Positions 7,583 to 16,186 of a stretch of 41,196 nt of DNA are shown here, one piece after another. The notes under the pieces are model-generated. The model was given only the letters and a program-made list of their open reading frames with translations, was not told where the DNA came from and did no database searches. Source of the stretch: a virus (Duplodnaviria > Caudoviricetes); IMG/VR virus record IMGVR_UViG_3300037423_002049, positions 1-41,196 of that record; one strand, 5' to 3'. The first letter of the stretch is position 1; each line of letters starts with the position of its first letter. Both the position numbers and the translations under genes were made by a program.

Positions 7583-7627
7583 AGGATAACGCGCGTCCGT
7601 GCGCGCGGTCAGTGGGTAAATTCCCTC
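7583..7627 (-). promoter_or_regulatory. Operator (7612-7627) plus putative leftward promoter (-10 TATCCT, 7588-7583)
   Basis: Same 18-mer as upstream of int; same spacing to the -10. Confidence 0.7.
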
Positions 7628-7689
7628 AATTACCGGACGCCCCTGCTCGGGGTAGCGCCGGCGGCTCAGGTCGGACTCTCTGCCCCCCG

Positions 7690-7884
7690 ATGAGCCGCCG
7701 GCGTTTTCTGTTTGCGGCCATTGGCGGCTGCGCAATGGCGGTCGGGGTCACCAGCCTCGCGACCGGAACGCCGGTGCCGAGCGAGTGGGGCGGCTTCCTC
7801 GCTGCCTGGACAATCGGGGTTAGCGCGCCGCTGCTCGGCCTCGCCTTATGGCTGCTCGCCGGCGCGGTGGAGCGCTGCCGATGA
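7690..7884 (+). CDS. Small two-TM protein (start may be as far up as 7393)
   Basis: MSRRRFLFAAIGG... with two hydrophobic segments; ATGA overlap with the next gene. Confidence 0.5.
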   Translation: MSRRRFLFAAIGGCAMAVGVTSLATGTPVPSEWGGFLAAWTIGVSAPLLGLALWLLAGAVERCR

Positions 7885-8393
7885 GCGGGCGCATCTATGA
7901 CGCGCAGCTGCCGCTCAAACAGCGGCGCATCAAGCGCGCGAGCCGGGCGCTGGTCAATTCGGTCGGCACGCAGAGCGAGGCGGCCGAGATCCTCGCCATG
8001 AAAAAGGACGGCCAGCGGCGCATCAGCGAGCTGGTCAGCCCCAATTGCCCCGACAGCTTCACCCTGTTTCAGGCCTTGGAGCTCGAGGAGGAGGCGCGCG
8101 GCGCGCCCGATTGGCCGCAGATCACCAGGGCGCTCGCGCGGCACCATGATTTCGAGCTTCTGCCGCTCGCCGCGGCGTTGCCCGGCGTGGTCGATTGGCA
8201 CCGCGGCATGGGCGAGGTCAGCAAGGAAGCGGCAGAGGTGGTGCAAAAGATTTGCGCCGCGCTGGCCGACGATAACCTGGTCAGCCCCAAGGAAATCATC
8301 GACGGCGCAATCCTCGAGGAAATCGATGAGGCGATCGCCAAGCTCGCCAACCTGCGCGCGATGGCCCGCGCGGTGGTCGAGGGCGACAACTGA
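7881..8393 (+). CDS. CII-like phage regulatory protein
   Basis: Position after cro; AAEIL...ISELVSPN...ALELE...ITRALAR...KEAAEVV...ALADD..SPKE pattern of the phage CII family. Confidence 0.65.
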   Translation: MSGRIYDAQLPLKQRRIKRASRALVNSVGTQSEAAEILAMKKDGQRRISELVSPNCPDSFTLFQALELEEEARGAPDWPQITRALARHHDFELLPLAAALPGVVDWHRGMGEVSKEAAEVVQKICAALADDNLVSPKEIIDGAILEEIDEAIAKLANLRAMARAVVEGDN

Positions 8394-8944
8394 TGCGGCG
8401 CGGGGGGGCACAAGCCGAGCAGCGCGCGGTCACCACCGCAGTCACCGCCGAGGCGGCGATCGAATGGGCGCGCCACGCCCGCCCAGGCGAAAAATTCGTC
8501 TATTTCACCGGCCCTGCGCTGCTGCAGGCGCTGCCGGTAGTCGCTGCAGCCCGAGCTCTGCACGAGGCGGGCGAGGTCATTTTCGTGCAGGAGCGCCGCT
8601 CGCCCGGCGTGCGCGACTATGTGATGCTCAAGCGCCGCAACGTCGAGCCGCCGCGGCCCCTGAGCCGCGCCGGAGTCGAGGAGCGGGCGCCAGGCACCAA
8701 GGTCGACGATGACCTTGAGGATTTAATGGCGGTGCTGCGCCGCCTCGCAGCGCGCGGGCTCGTCTGTCCGAGCAACGCCAGGCTCGCCGACATGGCCGGG
8801 CTCAAGGACGCGGAAAGCGCGCGATATCGCCTCGGCATCCTGCAGCAGGCGGGGCGCATCGCCGTCAGGACGCCGCCGGTCGGCGCGCGCATCGTCACCA
8901 TCGTCGCCACCGGCCTCAGCACGGCGGCAGGAGGGCAGGGCTGA
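8393..8944 (+). CDS. Protein with C-terminal winged-helix domain
   Basis: CPSNARLADMAGLKDAESARYRLGILQQAGRI. Confidence 0.7.
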   Translation: MRRGGAQAEQRAVTTAVTAEAAIEWARHARPGEKFVYFTGPALLQALPVVAAARALHEAGEVIFVQERRSPGVRDYVMLKRRNVEPPRPLSRAGVEERAPGTKVDDDLEDLMAVLRRLAARGLVCPSNARLADMAGLKDAESARYRLGILQQAGRIAVRTPPVGARIVTIVATGLSTAAGGQG

Positions 8945-9495
8945 TGCGCGTGCCGCCGCCCCTGCTCGAACGTCTGCAAGCCTGGTCGCGCCGCCTGAGG
9001 CGTTCGCGCCAGCCCGATTTTCTGATTGGCGATCCGGCGGAGCCGTATCTCCGCCGCTGGTGGGTCATCCCGCGCAACCGCTGGTTCAACATTTACCTGC
9101 ACGAGGTGCTCAAGAGCGACGATGACCGGGCGCTGCATGACCATCCGTGGCTCAACTGCTCGCTCATCCTCATCGGCGGCTATTTCGAGCATGGCATCCG
9201 CGCCGGCGGCGTGCACGAACGCAAATGGCGCGGCGAGGGCAGTGTCACGCTGCGCAGCGCCCGCGCGGCGCACCGCCTCGAGGTGCCCCGCTCGGCGGGA
9301 ACGCGCACCGTCACCCTGTTCATCACCGGGCCAATCATCCGCCATTGGGGCTTTCATTGCCCCACGGCGGGATGGCGGCACTGGAAAGATTTCACCGGGC
9401 CTGTGCCCAAGGGCCAGGTCGGGCGCGGCTGCGGCGAGCTCGACGCCCCGCCACTGAAAGGCGGGTGGCGATCGCCGCTGAGGCCGCTCGACTGA
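8944..9495 (+). CDS. Cupin-fold (cysteine-dioxygenase-like) phage protein
   Basis: YLH...SDDDRALHDHPW...GGYFEH...AHRL...TLFITGP...WGF. Confidence 0.75.
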   Translation: MRVPPPLLERLQAWSRRLRRSRQPDFLIGDPAEPYLRRWWVIPRNRWFNIYLHEVLKSDDDRALHDHPWLNCSLILIGGYFEHGIRAGGVHERKWRGEGSVTLRSARAAHRLEVPRSAGTRTVTLFITGPIIRHWGFHCPTAGWRHWKDFTGPVPKGQVGRGCGELDAPPLKGGWRSPLRPLD

Positions 9496-9959
9496 TGCGC
9501 GCGCCCGACAGCGTCAATGACGCCTTTCTCAATCGCCTGCTCGCTGCCTTGGCCGATGTGCCGGCGAGCGTGCGCCCGCATTTCGGGCGCATCGGACGGC
9601 AGCTCAGGGTCTCCGCCACCGAGGTCGCGGTCGGGGTTTATCAGCTGGTGAGCGATGGCCGGCTCGACCGCGAAACCCTGCGCCCACCGCGGCGGGGCAC
9701 CCGCCCTTATTGCCAGCAGCCCAATGATTACGCCGCCGGCGGCGGCGGCCCCTGCCCGGTGTGCCATGCCAAACCGCCCCGCGCCGAACCGACGCTGACG
9801 CCCAAGGCCGCCGAGCGCATCGCCAGGGAGCCGCCGGCGAGCACTCCGGTGTGGTGCGGCCAGTGCGACCGGCGTGTGCCCCTCGGCAAGGCGCTCGGCT
9901 GCACCTCCAAATGGTGCAGCGCCGAGTTGCCGCCCAATCTCAAGGAGTGTCCGCTGTGA
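9495..9959 (+). CDS. Hypothetical protein with Cys clusters (CPVC, CGQC, CxxxxC)
   Basis: TGATG coupling at 9495; GTGA coupling to dnaN. Confidence 0.65.
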   Translation: MRAPDSVNDAFLNRLLAALADVPASVRPHFGRIGRQLRVSATEVAVGVYQLVSDGRLDRETLRPPRRGTRPYCQQPNDYAAGGGGPCPVCHAKPPRAEPTLTPKAAERIAREPPASTPVWCGQCDRRVPLGKALGCTSKWCSAELPPNLKECPL

Positions 9960-11062
9960 AAGTCATTGTCGAGCGCGGGGCGCTGTTCAAAGCGATCGGT
10001 CACGCCGCCAGCGTGGTCGAGAAAAAGAGCACCATTCCGATTCTCGCCAACGTGCTGCTCGAGGCCGAGGGCGAGGAGCTGAGGCTCACCGCCACCGACC
10101 TCGAATTGCAGATCCAGCTACCGGTGCCCGCCCAGGTGCGCGAGCCCGGTGCGGTCACCGTGCAGGCGGCGCTGCTGCAAAGCATCCTGCGCGAGGTGCC
10201 TGACGGCGCCCAGGTCGACCTCGAGCTCGACAGCGAAAATGGCCGGCTCAACCTGGTGAGTGGGCGCGCGCGCTACAAACTGGCGCGGCTGCCCGCCACC
10301 GATTTCCCGGTGATGCAGCCGAGCGAGGATGCGGTCAGCTTCACCATCGCCGCCACAGCGCTCAAGGAAATGGTCGGCAAGGTGGCGCACGCGCAGTCGA
10401 ACGACCCGGCGCGCTATTTCCTGAACGGGGCCTGCCTCGAGGCGCATGCCGGGGCCTTGTTCATCGTCGCCACAGACGGCTTTTGCGTGGGCTCCGACAG
10501 CATCGCCGCGCCCGAGGGTGCGACCGAGATTCAACCGGCGATCATCCCGAGAAAAACGGTCGGCGAGCTCACCGACATATTCGGAGAAGCCGAGGGCGAG
10601 CTGACCATCGCGCTGACGGCCAAGCAGCTGCGCGTCAGCTCGGGCGAAATGACCCTCACCTCAAAGCTCATCGACGGCACCTTTCCCGATTGGCGACGCG
10701 TGGTGCCGGTGTCGAATCCGCACCATCTGCACATCAACCGCGAGGCCTTCGCCGCGGCCATTCGCCGTGCCGTTGTGGTGTCGACCGACAAGGTGCGCTC
10801 GGTAATGCTCGAGCTCGCCGCCGACAAGCTGACGGTGAGGACATTCAGCCACGAGCATGGCGAGGGCGTCGAGGAGGTGCCCGTAGAATATGGCGCGCCC
10901 GAGCTGGCCTTGCGGATGAACGCACGGCTCCTGCTCGACACATTGGCCGCGATGGGCGGCGCCGAGATCGAGGTGAGGCTCGAAAATCCGCGCGCGCCAG
11001 CCCTGTTCATCAACCCCGCCGACAAGTCCGCCCAATGGGTGGTCATGCCGATGAGCGTCTGA
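9956..11062 (+). CDS. dnaN: DNA polymerase III beta sliding clamp (phage-encoded)
   Basis: TIPILANVLL, LTATDLE, RYFLNG, VATDG, IIPRK, SKLIDGTFPDWRRVVP, VVMPM; 368 aa; AAGGAG SD before GTG. Confidence 0.95.
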   Translation: MKVIVERGALFKAIGHAASVVEKKSTIPILANVLLEAEGEELRLTATDLELQIQLPVPAQVREPGAVTVQAALLQSILREVPDGAQVDLELDSENGRLNLVSGRARYKLARLPATDFPVMQPSEDAVSFTIAATALKEMVGKVAHAQSNDPARYFLNGACLEAHAGALFIVATDGFCVGSDSIAAPEGATEIQPAIIPRKTVGELTDIFGEAEGELTIALTAKQLRVSSGEMTLTSKLIDGTFPDWRRVVPVSNPHHLHINREAFAAAIRRAVVVSTDKVRSVMLELAADKLTVRTFSHEHGEGVEEVPVEYGAPELALRMNARLLLDTLAAMGGAEIEVRLENPRAPALFINPADKSAQWVVMPMSV

Positions 11063-11072
11063 GGAGATTGCC

Positions 11073-11354
11073 ATGATGTTTGATGATCCGTGGCGAGCGA
11101 TCGCCAAAGCCGCCCGGCTCCGCGATTGGGCGACCATCGACGCCGTGCTCGAGGACAAGCGCTTGGCTGGCAGCACCTCGGTGCGGCGTGGCTTTTCCGA
11201 CGCCCGCAAGGCGTTGGGCCAGGAACCTACGCTGCCCACGCTGCCTGCGCCCGAGCCAGTCACCATCCATGACCTGCCGAGCCGCGAGGGGCTCATAATT
11301 GAGGGCAAGCCCGACACCACCGAGGCCCGCGTGTGGCGGCGAAAAGCCGCCTGA
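11073..11354 (+). CDS. Hypothetical protein
   Basis: GAGGAG SD; fills the gap in the operon. Confidence 0.65.
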   Translation: MMFDDPWRAIAKAARLRDWATIDAVLEDKRLAGSTSVRRGFSDARKALGQEPTLPTLPAPEPVTIHDLPSREGLIIEGKPDTTEARVWRRKAA

Positions 11355-11360
11355 GCGACA

Positions 11361-12098
11361 GTGGCAGGGCGAGTGGAGCAGATCGGGCCTGCGACCCTTT
11401 ACCTCGGCGATTGCCTTGAGGTGATGCCCTCGCTCGGCCAGGTCGACCACATCATCGGCGACCCACCGTATGAGCAGATTCTGCACGCCGCCAAGGCAAA
11501 GCAATCCGAGTTGCGCAAGGACGGCGGATCTGAGCTGAGAGCTGTTGATTTCGACGCCATCGACGCGATTCGGGCGCCGTTCGTGCGCCTCGCCTCGCAG
11601 CTGTGCAGAGGGTGGTTCATCGCCTTTTGCACTGTCGAGGGCGCGCGGCCTTGGGCCGACTGCATCAATGCCTCGCGCATGAAATACAAGCGCGCGTGCA
11701 TTTGGGTGAAGCCCGACAGCACGCCGCAGATGAACGGCCAGGGACCGGCGCAGGGCGCTGAAATCTTTGTCACGGCTTGGGGCGGGAAGGGCCATGCGAG
11801 GTGGAATGCCGGCGGGAAGCGCGGCGTTTACACGCACCAAGTGAACCCGCGCGATCGCGACGGTCGCCACCCGACCGAAAAGCCGCGCAACCTCATGGCC
11901 GAAATCATTGTGGACTTCACCATGCCGGGCGACATCATCCTCGACCCGTTCATGGGCGGCGGCACCACCGGAGTGGCGGCGGTGCAGCTCGGCCGCAAGT
12001 TCATCGGCATCGAGCAGAAGCCCGAATACTTCGAGATTGCCTGCGATCGCATCGCCGCGGCCCACGCGCAGCCAAGCCTGTTTGAGGCTGCCGCATGA
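11361..12098 (+). CDS. N6-adenine/N4-cytosine DNA methyltransferase (beta class)
   Basis: LYLGDCLE, GDPPY, HPTEKP, ILDPFMGGGTTG, FIGIE; C-terminal QPSLF. Confidence 0.92.
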   Translation: MAGRVEQIGPATLYLGDCLEVMPSLGQVDHIIGDPPYEQILHAAKAKQSELRKDGGSELRAVDFDAIDAIRAPFVRLASQLCRGWFIAFCTVEGARPWADCINASRMKYKRACIWVKPDSTPQMNGQGPAQGAEIFVTAWGGKGHARWNAGGKRGVYTHQVNPRDRDGRHPTEKPRNLMAEIIVDFTMPGDIILDPFMGGGTTGVAAVQLGRKFIGIEQKPEYFEIACDRIAAAHAQPSLFEAAA

Positions 12099-13294
12099 CC
12101 GGCGCGCTCTACAGTCCTGAGCAAATCGAGCGGGTGAGGCGCGAGCATTCGCTGGTGACGATGGTGCGCAAGCGCGTCGAATTGCGCCGTGCCGGGCGGC
12201 GCTGGTCGGGGCTGTGCCCGTTCCACGGCGAGAAAACCCCGAGCTTCACGGTGGGCGACGGCACCAGCGGAGAATTTTATCACTGTTTCGGGTGCGGCGC
12301 CCACGGTGACCTCTTCGATTGGCTTGAGCACGCCGAGGGGTGGAGCTTCGCCCAGGCGATGCAGCGCCTCATCGGCGGCGAGATGCCCGACGCCCGGCGC
12401 CCGATGCACGCCGAGCAGCGCCAGCCATCGCGCGAGCGCAGCGATTTCGTGAGCTCGACCGCTGCCGGGCGGTGGATCTACCGCACCAGCGGACCCGCCC
12501 GCGGCGAAATCGTCGAGGCATGGCTCAAGTCGCGGGGCCTCGACCCATTGGCCGAGCTCGCGCCAGGCGTGGCGGCCATCGATCAGCTGCGCTTTCATCC
12601 GCGCTGCCCGCTCGGCGTGTGGCGCATCGACGATGACCCGCGCGACGGGCGGGACGCGCCTGCGATGGTTGCCCCATTCGCCGACGCGCAAGGTCTCATC
12701 CGCGGCGTTCATGTCACATGGCTGGCCCCTGACGGGAAGGGCAAGGCGGTGCTGCCGCGCAGGCGCGACGGTCAGGAGCGGCCAGGCCGCAAAATGTTCG
12801 GCCGCGCCGGCGGCTGCGCGGTGTTTCTGACGCCGTGCGGAACGGCCAAGGAGGTCGGCCCGCTAGTCGTTGGTGAAGGGATTGAAACAACCTGGTCATT
12901 TGCCCAAGGTCTCGGGAGTCCGTGCCGCGCCGTCGCGGCGCTCAGCCTTGAAAACCTGCAGGGCCATGCGGTGCGTTTGCGCGGCGGCGCGCTGCCCTTG
13001 TGGGGCCTCAGAGCAGACCCTGAGCGCCCGCCGTTCCTCATCGAGGAGCCGGGCGAGGTCATCGTGCTGGTCGATGCCGACATGAAGCCGCTCAGGGGCA
13101 TGCAGGTGCAGGACGAACAAGGCGCAAAGCCGGTGGTGCGCGACATTGGCGGCGCCGAGCGAGCGGAAATCTGCGCGCAGCTCGCAACCCAATTCTGGCG
13201 CCGGGCAGGCGCCACTCGAGTCGAGCGCCGGCGGCCGCGCATGGGGCTCGATTTCAACGACGCGCAAGTGGAATCCACGAGGGTTGCGGCATGA
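12095..13294 (+). CDS. Primase (CHC2 zinc finger + TOPRIM-like)
   Basis: GLCPFHGEKTPSF...YHCFGCGAHGD; VGEGIETT; DAD; DFND. Confidence 0.9.
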   Translation: MTGALYSPEQIERVRREHSLVTMVRKRVELRRAGRRWSGLCPFHGEKTPSFTVGDGTSGEFYHCFGCGAHGDLFDWLEHAEGWSFAQAMQRLIGGEMPDARRPMHAEQRQPSRERSDFVSSTAAGRWIYRTSGPARGEIVEAWLKSRGLDPLAELAPGVAAIDQLRFHPRCPLGVWRIDDDPRDGRDAPAMVAPFADAQGLIRGVHVTWLAPDGKGKAVLPRRRDGQERPGRKMFGRAGGCAVFLTPCGTAKEVGPLVVGEGIETTWSFAQGLGSPCRAVAALSLENLQGHAVRLRGGALPLWGLRADPERPPFLIEEPGEVIVLVDADMKPLRGMQVQDEQGAKPVVRDIGGAERAEICAQLATQFWRRAGATRVERRRPRMGLDFNDAQVESTRVAA

Positions 13295-14151
13295 CGTTGC
13301 GCCGACCGTTGTTGCGATATCTCGGCAGCAAGTGGCGTTTGGCGCCTTGGCTGATCGGGCAGTTCCCGCCGCACGAAATCTATGTGGAGCCGTTCGGCGG
13401 TGCTGCGGCAGTTTTGCTGCGCAAGGAGCGCGTGCGCACCGAGGTTTATAATGACGTTGACAGCGAGCTGGTCAACTTGTTCCGCGTGCTGCGCGACGAG
13501 AGTGGCGCTGCGGCGCGGTTGCTTCGAGCTGTGGCCCTGACGCCTTATGCGCGCGACGAATATGTGGCGTCATTTGAGCGTGCTGAGTGTCCCATAGAGC
13601 GCGCCAGGCGCCTGGTTGTTAGGTTGCACATGGGTCATGGAACGCGGGGCACGCGCACCGACCGCGCCGCTGGTTTCCGCTCGGACGGCACCAGTGGCAC
13701 CACGCGGGTTGCCGGCGAATGGGCGGAGTTCCCGCTGGCGCTGAGAGCGATCATCGACCGCCTGCGTGGGGTGCAAATCGAAAACAAGTGTGCTCTTGAT
13801 TTGCTTGACTATTGGAGCAGCCCTAGAGCGCTCATCTATCTTGACCCCCCCTATTTGCCGGAAACCCGCTCGTGCAAGGCCCGACAGCGAGAGGGATTTC
13901 ACACCTATCGCCATGAATTGACCGTTGAGCAGCATGTCGAATTGCTCGACAGAGCGTGCGCCTCGAGCGCGATGGTGGCTATTTCCGGTTACGCAGCACC
14001 ACTCTATGAGGAGCGGCTCACAGATTGGCTCAAGGTTGAGACGGCTGCGCGCGCGCACCGCAACCTAGAGCGCACAGAGGTGCTTTGGCTTAATCCAGCT
14101 GCTGTTCGTGCGAGGCTTGTTGGCCCTTTATTTCAGGCGGCTGCGGCATGA
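13291..14151 (+). CDS. Dam-family (D12) DNA adenine methyltransferase
   Basis: RYLGSKWRLA, YVEPFGGAAAV, YND, YLDPPY, ISGY, TEVLWLN. Confidence 0.92.
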   Translation: MTLRRPLLRYLGSKWRLAPWLIGQFPPHEIYVEPFGGAAAVLLRKERVRTEVYNDVDSELVNLFRVLRDESGAAARLLRAVALTPYARDEYVASFERAECPIERARRLVVRLHMGHGTRGTRTDRAAGFRSDGTSGTTRVAGEWAEFPLALRAIIDRLRGVQIENKCALDLLDYWSSPRALIYLDPPYLPETRSCKARQREGFHTYRHELTVEQHVELLDRACASSAMVAISGYAAPLYEERLTDWLKVETAARAHRNLERTEVLWLNPAAVRARLVGPLFQAAAA

Positions 14152-14555
14152 GCGGCGAGGTCGAGCAGGTCGAGGGCGAACGCGCGGACTCGCCGGCGCA
14201 TGCGATGCTGCAATTGTTCATCAGCCGGGTCGAGCGCCTGAGCGACGAAATCGCCGACCTGCAGGCCGACCGGCGCGATGTGCTCGCCGAGGCCAAGGCG
14301 CAGGGTTTCGACCCCAAGGCGCTGCGCGAGGTGCTGAGGCGGCGAAAAATGGAGCCTCGAGCGCTAGCCGAGCTCGATGACCTTGTCAGCATTTATGAGG
14401 AAGCGGTGCGCGGCATGCCGCGCGGCACCATTTGGGGCGGAGAATTGAGGCCGCAGCCGGCGGCGCTCGGGCCGCCCAAAAAGGACGCGCGCACCACCAA
14501 GGCCTTGGCGGCGATCGCCGCGGCCGAGGCGGCAGCAAGGGCTGACCAGGCATGA
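14148..14555 (+). CDS. GapR-like (DUF2312) DNA-binding protein with C-terminal extension
   Basis: LQLFISRVERLSDEIADLQADRRDVLAEAKAQGFDPKALREVLRRRK...Y. Confidence 0.88.
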   Translation: MSGEVEQVEGERADSPAHAMLQLFISRVERLSDEIADLQADRRDVLAEAKAQGFDPKALREVLRRRKMEPRALAELDDLVSIYEEAVRGMPRGTIWGGELRPQPAALGPPKKDARTTKALAAIAAAEAAARADQA

Positions 14556-16168
14556 ACGCGCTGACCGCCATCGAAATGGCCGATCCTGACCCGCTGCGCC
14601 TGGCGATGTTCGACTGCTCGGATTGGGGCAACGCGCGGCGCCTGGTCGAGCTCGCCGGCGGCAAATTGAAATGGGTCGAGGATTTGCAAGCCTGGGCGCA
14701 TTATGACGGCACACGCTGGTCGGTCGAACGCGGCAACATCGAGGCGCAGTTGCTGGCGCAGGCGGTCATCCGCCATATCGACCTCGAATTGCGCGAATTG
14801 AGCGCGGTGCGCGACAACGAGGAGCTGCTTAAGAAGCTGTTTGGCGCGGGCTACACCAGCGAGCTCGCCAAGGGGCGCATCAACGAATTGCGGGGTCATG
14901 CGGTCAAATCCGGCAGCGCCGGGATGACCAGCGGGATGCTCAAGCAGGCGCGCCCGCTGCTCGCCGCCGTGCTTGAGGATTTCGACCGCGACCCGCTGGC
15001 CTACAACGTCGCCAATTGCACCTTGCGGTTCGTGCAGGAACAGGGCCGGTGGGTGGTCAAGGCCTCGGCCCATGACCCTGCCGACATGCTGATGCACATT
15101 GCCAATGTCGATTATGAGGAGGGCGCCGAGTGCCCTTTTTGGCGCAAGCGCCTCGCGCTGCTGACGCCCGACACCGAACAGCTCGCGGCATTCTCAAGGC
15201 TCTACGGCTGCACCCTCACCGGCCTCACTTCCGATCAGGCCTTCTATGTGCATCAGGGGAAGGGCGGCGACGGCAAGAGCGCGACCCACATGGCCCTGGC
15301 CGACCTCCACGGCGACTATTACCGCCACGCCGGCGTCAAAACGTTCCTCGAGGGCGCCGATCGCGGCGGCGCCGAGCACCGCAGCGACCTGGTGCGCCTG
15401 CGCGGCGATGTGCGATTCGTCACCTGCGATGAGCCCAAGGCCCGCGCTGTGTGGGATGGCGCGGTCATCAAGCAAATCACCGGCAGCCTGGTCACCGCTC
15501 GTGGGTCGGGCGAGCGCACCGAGGTCACCTATAAGCCCCGGTTCAAGCTGCACACCGAGTGCAACGTCATCCCGCGCGCACCGAGCGACGACAAGGGATT
15601 CCGCCGTCGCTTCAAGCTCTATCAGTGGAAAGTCTCGCTGAGCGACACTGAGGAGGGCGAAATGCCGATTGACCAGGTGCTCGAGCAGCTCGCCGATGAG
15701 AAGCCCGGCATCCTCAATTGGCTCATCGAGGGTGCGCTGCATTGGCTCGAAACGCGCGAGATCCCGCAGCCCAAGGCGATGCAGGAGGTGCTGAGCGATT
15801 TTTGGGCCGATTCTTCGCCCTTGCTCGAATGGATGAGCGAATGGTGCGACACATCTGACCCCGAGGCGCGCACCCGCTCCTCGGCGCTTTATGACCATTT
15901 CAAGAAGTGGAACGAGGACGCTGGCCGCGAGCATGTGATGAGCAGCAATGCGTTCGGTCGCGCGCTGCTCAACAAGCAGTTCAAGAGCGTCAAGGACCGC
16001 ACCGGGGCCAGGTGGCGCAAGGGCATCAAGCTGCGCGAGCAGGGCATTTTCGGCGATTTCGTCGGCGATGCACCCACTGCGCCGTCAGGCTCAGGCGAGG
16101 AGCAACCCGCCGTCAGCGGCCGCGATCCATTCGACCCCGATGCCGATGATGAGCTCGCCCGGCCATGA
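14552..16168 (+). CDS. P4/D5-family SF3 helicase
   Basis: SDWGNARRL (D5_N-like), Walker A GKGGDGKS, CDE, IKQITG, C-terminal wHTH LYDHFKKW...AFGRAL. Confidence 0.92.
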   Translation: MNALTAIEMADPDPLRLAMFDCSDWGNARRLVELAGGKLKWVEDLQAWAHYDGTRWSVERGNIEAQLLAQAVIRHIDLELRELSAVRDNEELLKKLFGAGYTSELAKGRINELRGHAVKSGSAGMTSGMLKQARPLLAAVLEDFDRDPLAYNVANCTLRFVQEQGRWVVKASAHDPADMLMHIANVDYEEGAECPFWRKRLALLTPDTEQLAAFSRLYGCTLTGLTSDQAFYVHQGKGGDGKSATHMALADLHGDYYRHAGVKTFLEGADRGGAEHRSDLVRLRGDVRFVTCDEPKARAVWDGAVIKQITGSLVTARGSGERTEVTYKPRFKLHTECNVIPRAPSDDKGFRRRFKLYQWKVSLSDTEEGEMPIDQVLEQLADEKPGILNWLIEGALHWLETREIPQPKAMQEVLSDFWADSSPLLEWMSEWCDTSDPEARTRSSALYDHFKKWNEDAGREHVMSSNAFGRALLNKQFKSVKDRTGARWRKGIKLREQGIFGDFVGDAPTAPSGSGEEQPAVSGRDPFDPDADDELARP

Positions 16169-16186
16169 CCCTGACCACAACATATA

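Noticed and set aside
7393-7689. N-terminal 99 codons of the 163-aa ORF after cro
   Set aside because: Low-complexity translation overlapping an operator, an antisense promoter and a minus-strand hairpin; not called, though the ATGA overlap with cro means it cannot be excluded
9761-9955. Long N-terminal extensions in the ORF track for dnaN (also int, cI, terS, portal, Rz1)
   Set aside because: Downstream starts have an SD, a coupling overlap or a promoter fit and match family N-termini
13891-13906. GAGGGATTTCACACCT as an additional operator (also GAGGGCAATTTAACGC at 37323-37338)
   Set aside because: Only one half-site matches; the first lies inside a CDS
11361-14151. Restriction-modification system
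   Set aside because: No recognisable restriction endonuclease; the only HNH is the terminase-associated type, so the MTases appear to be orphans
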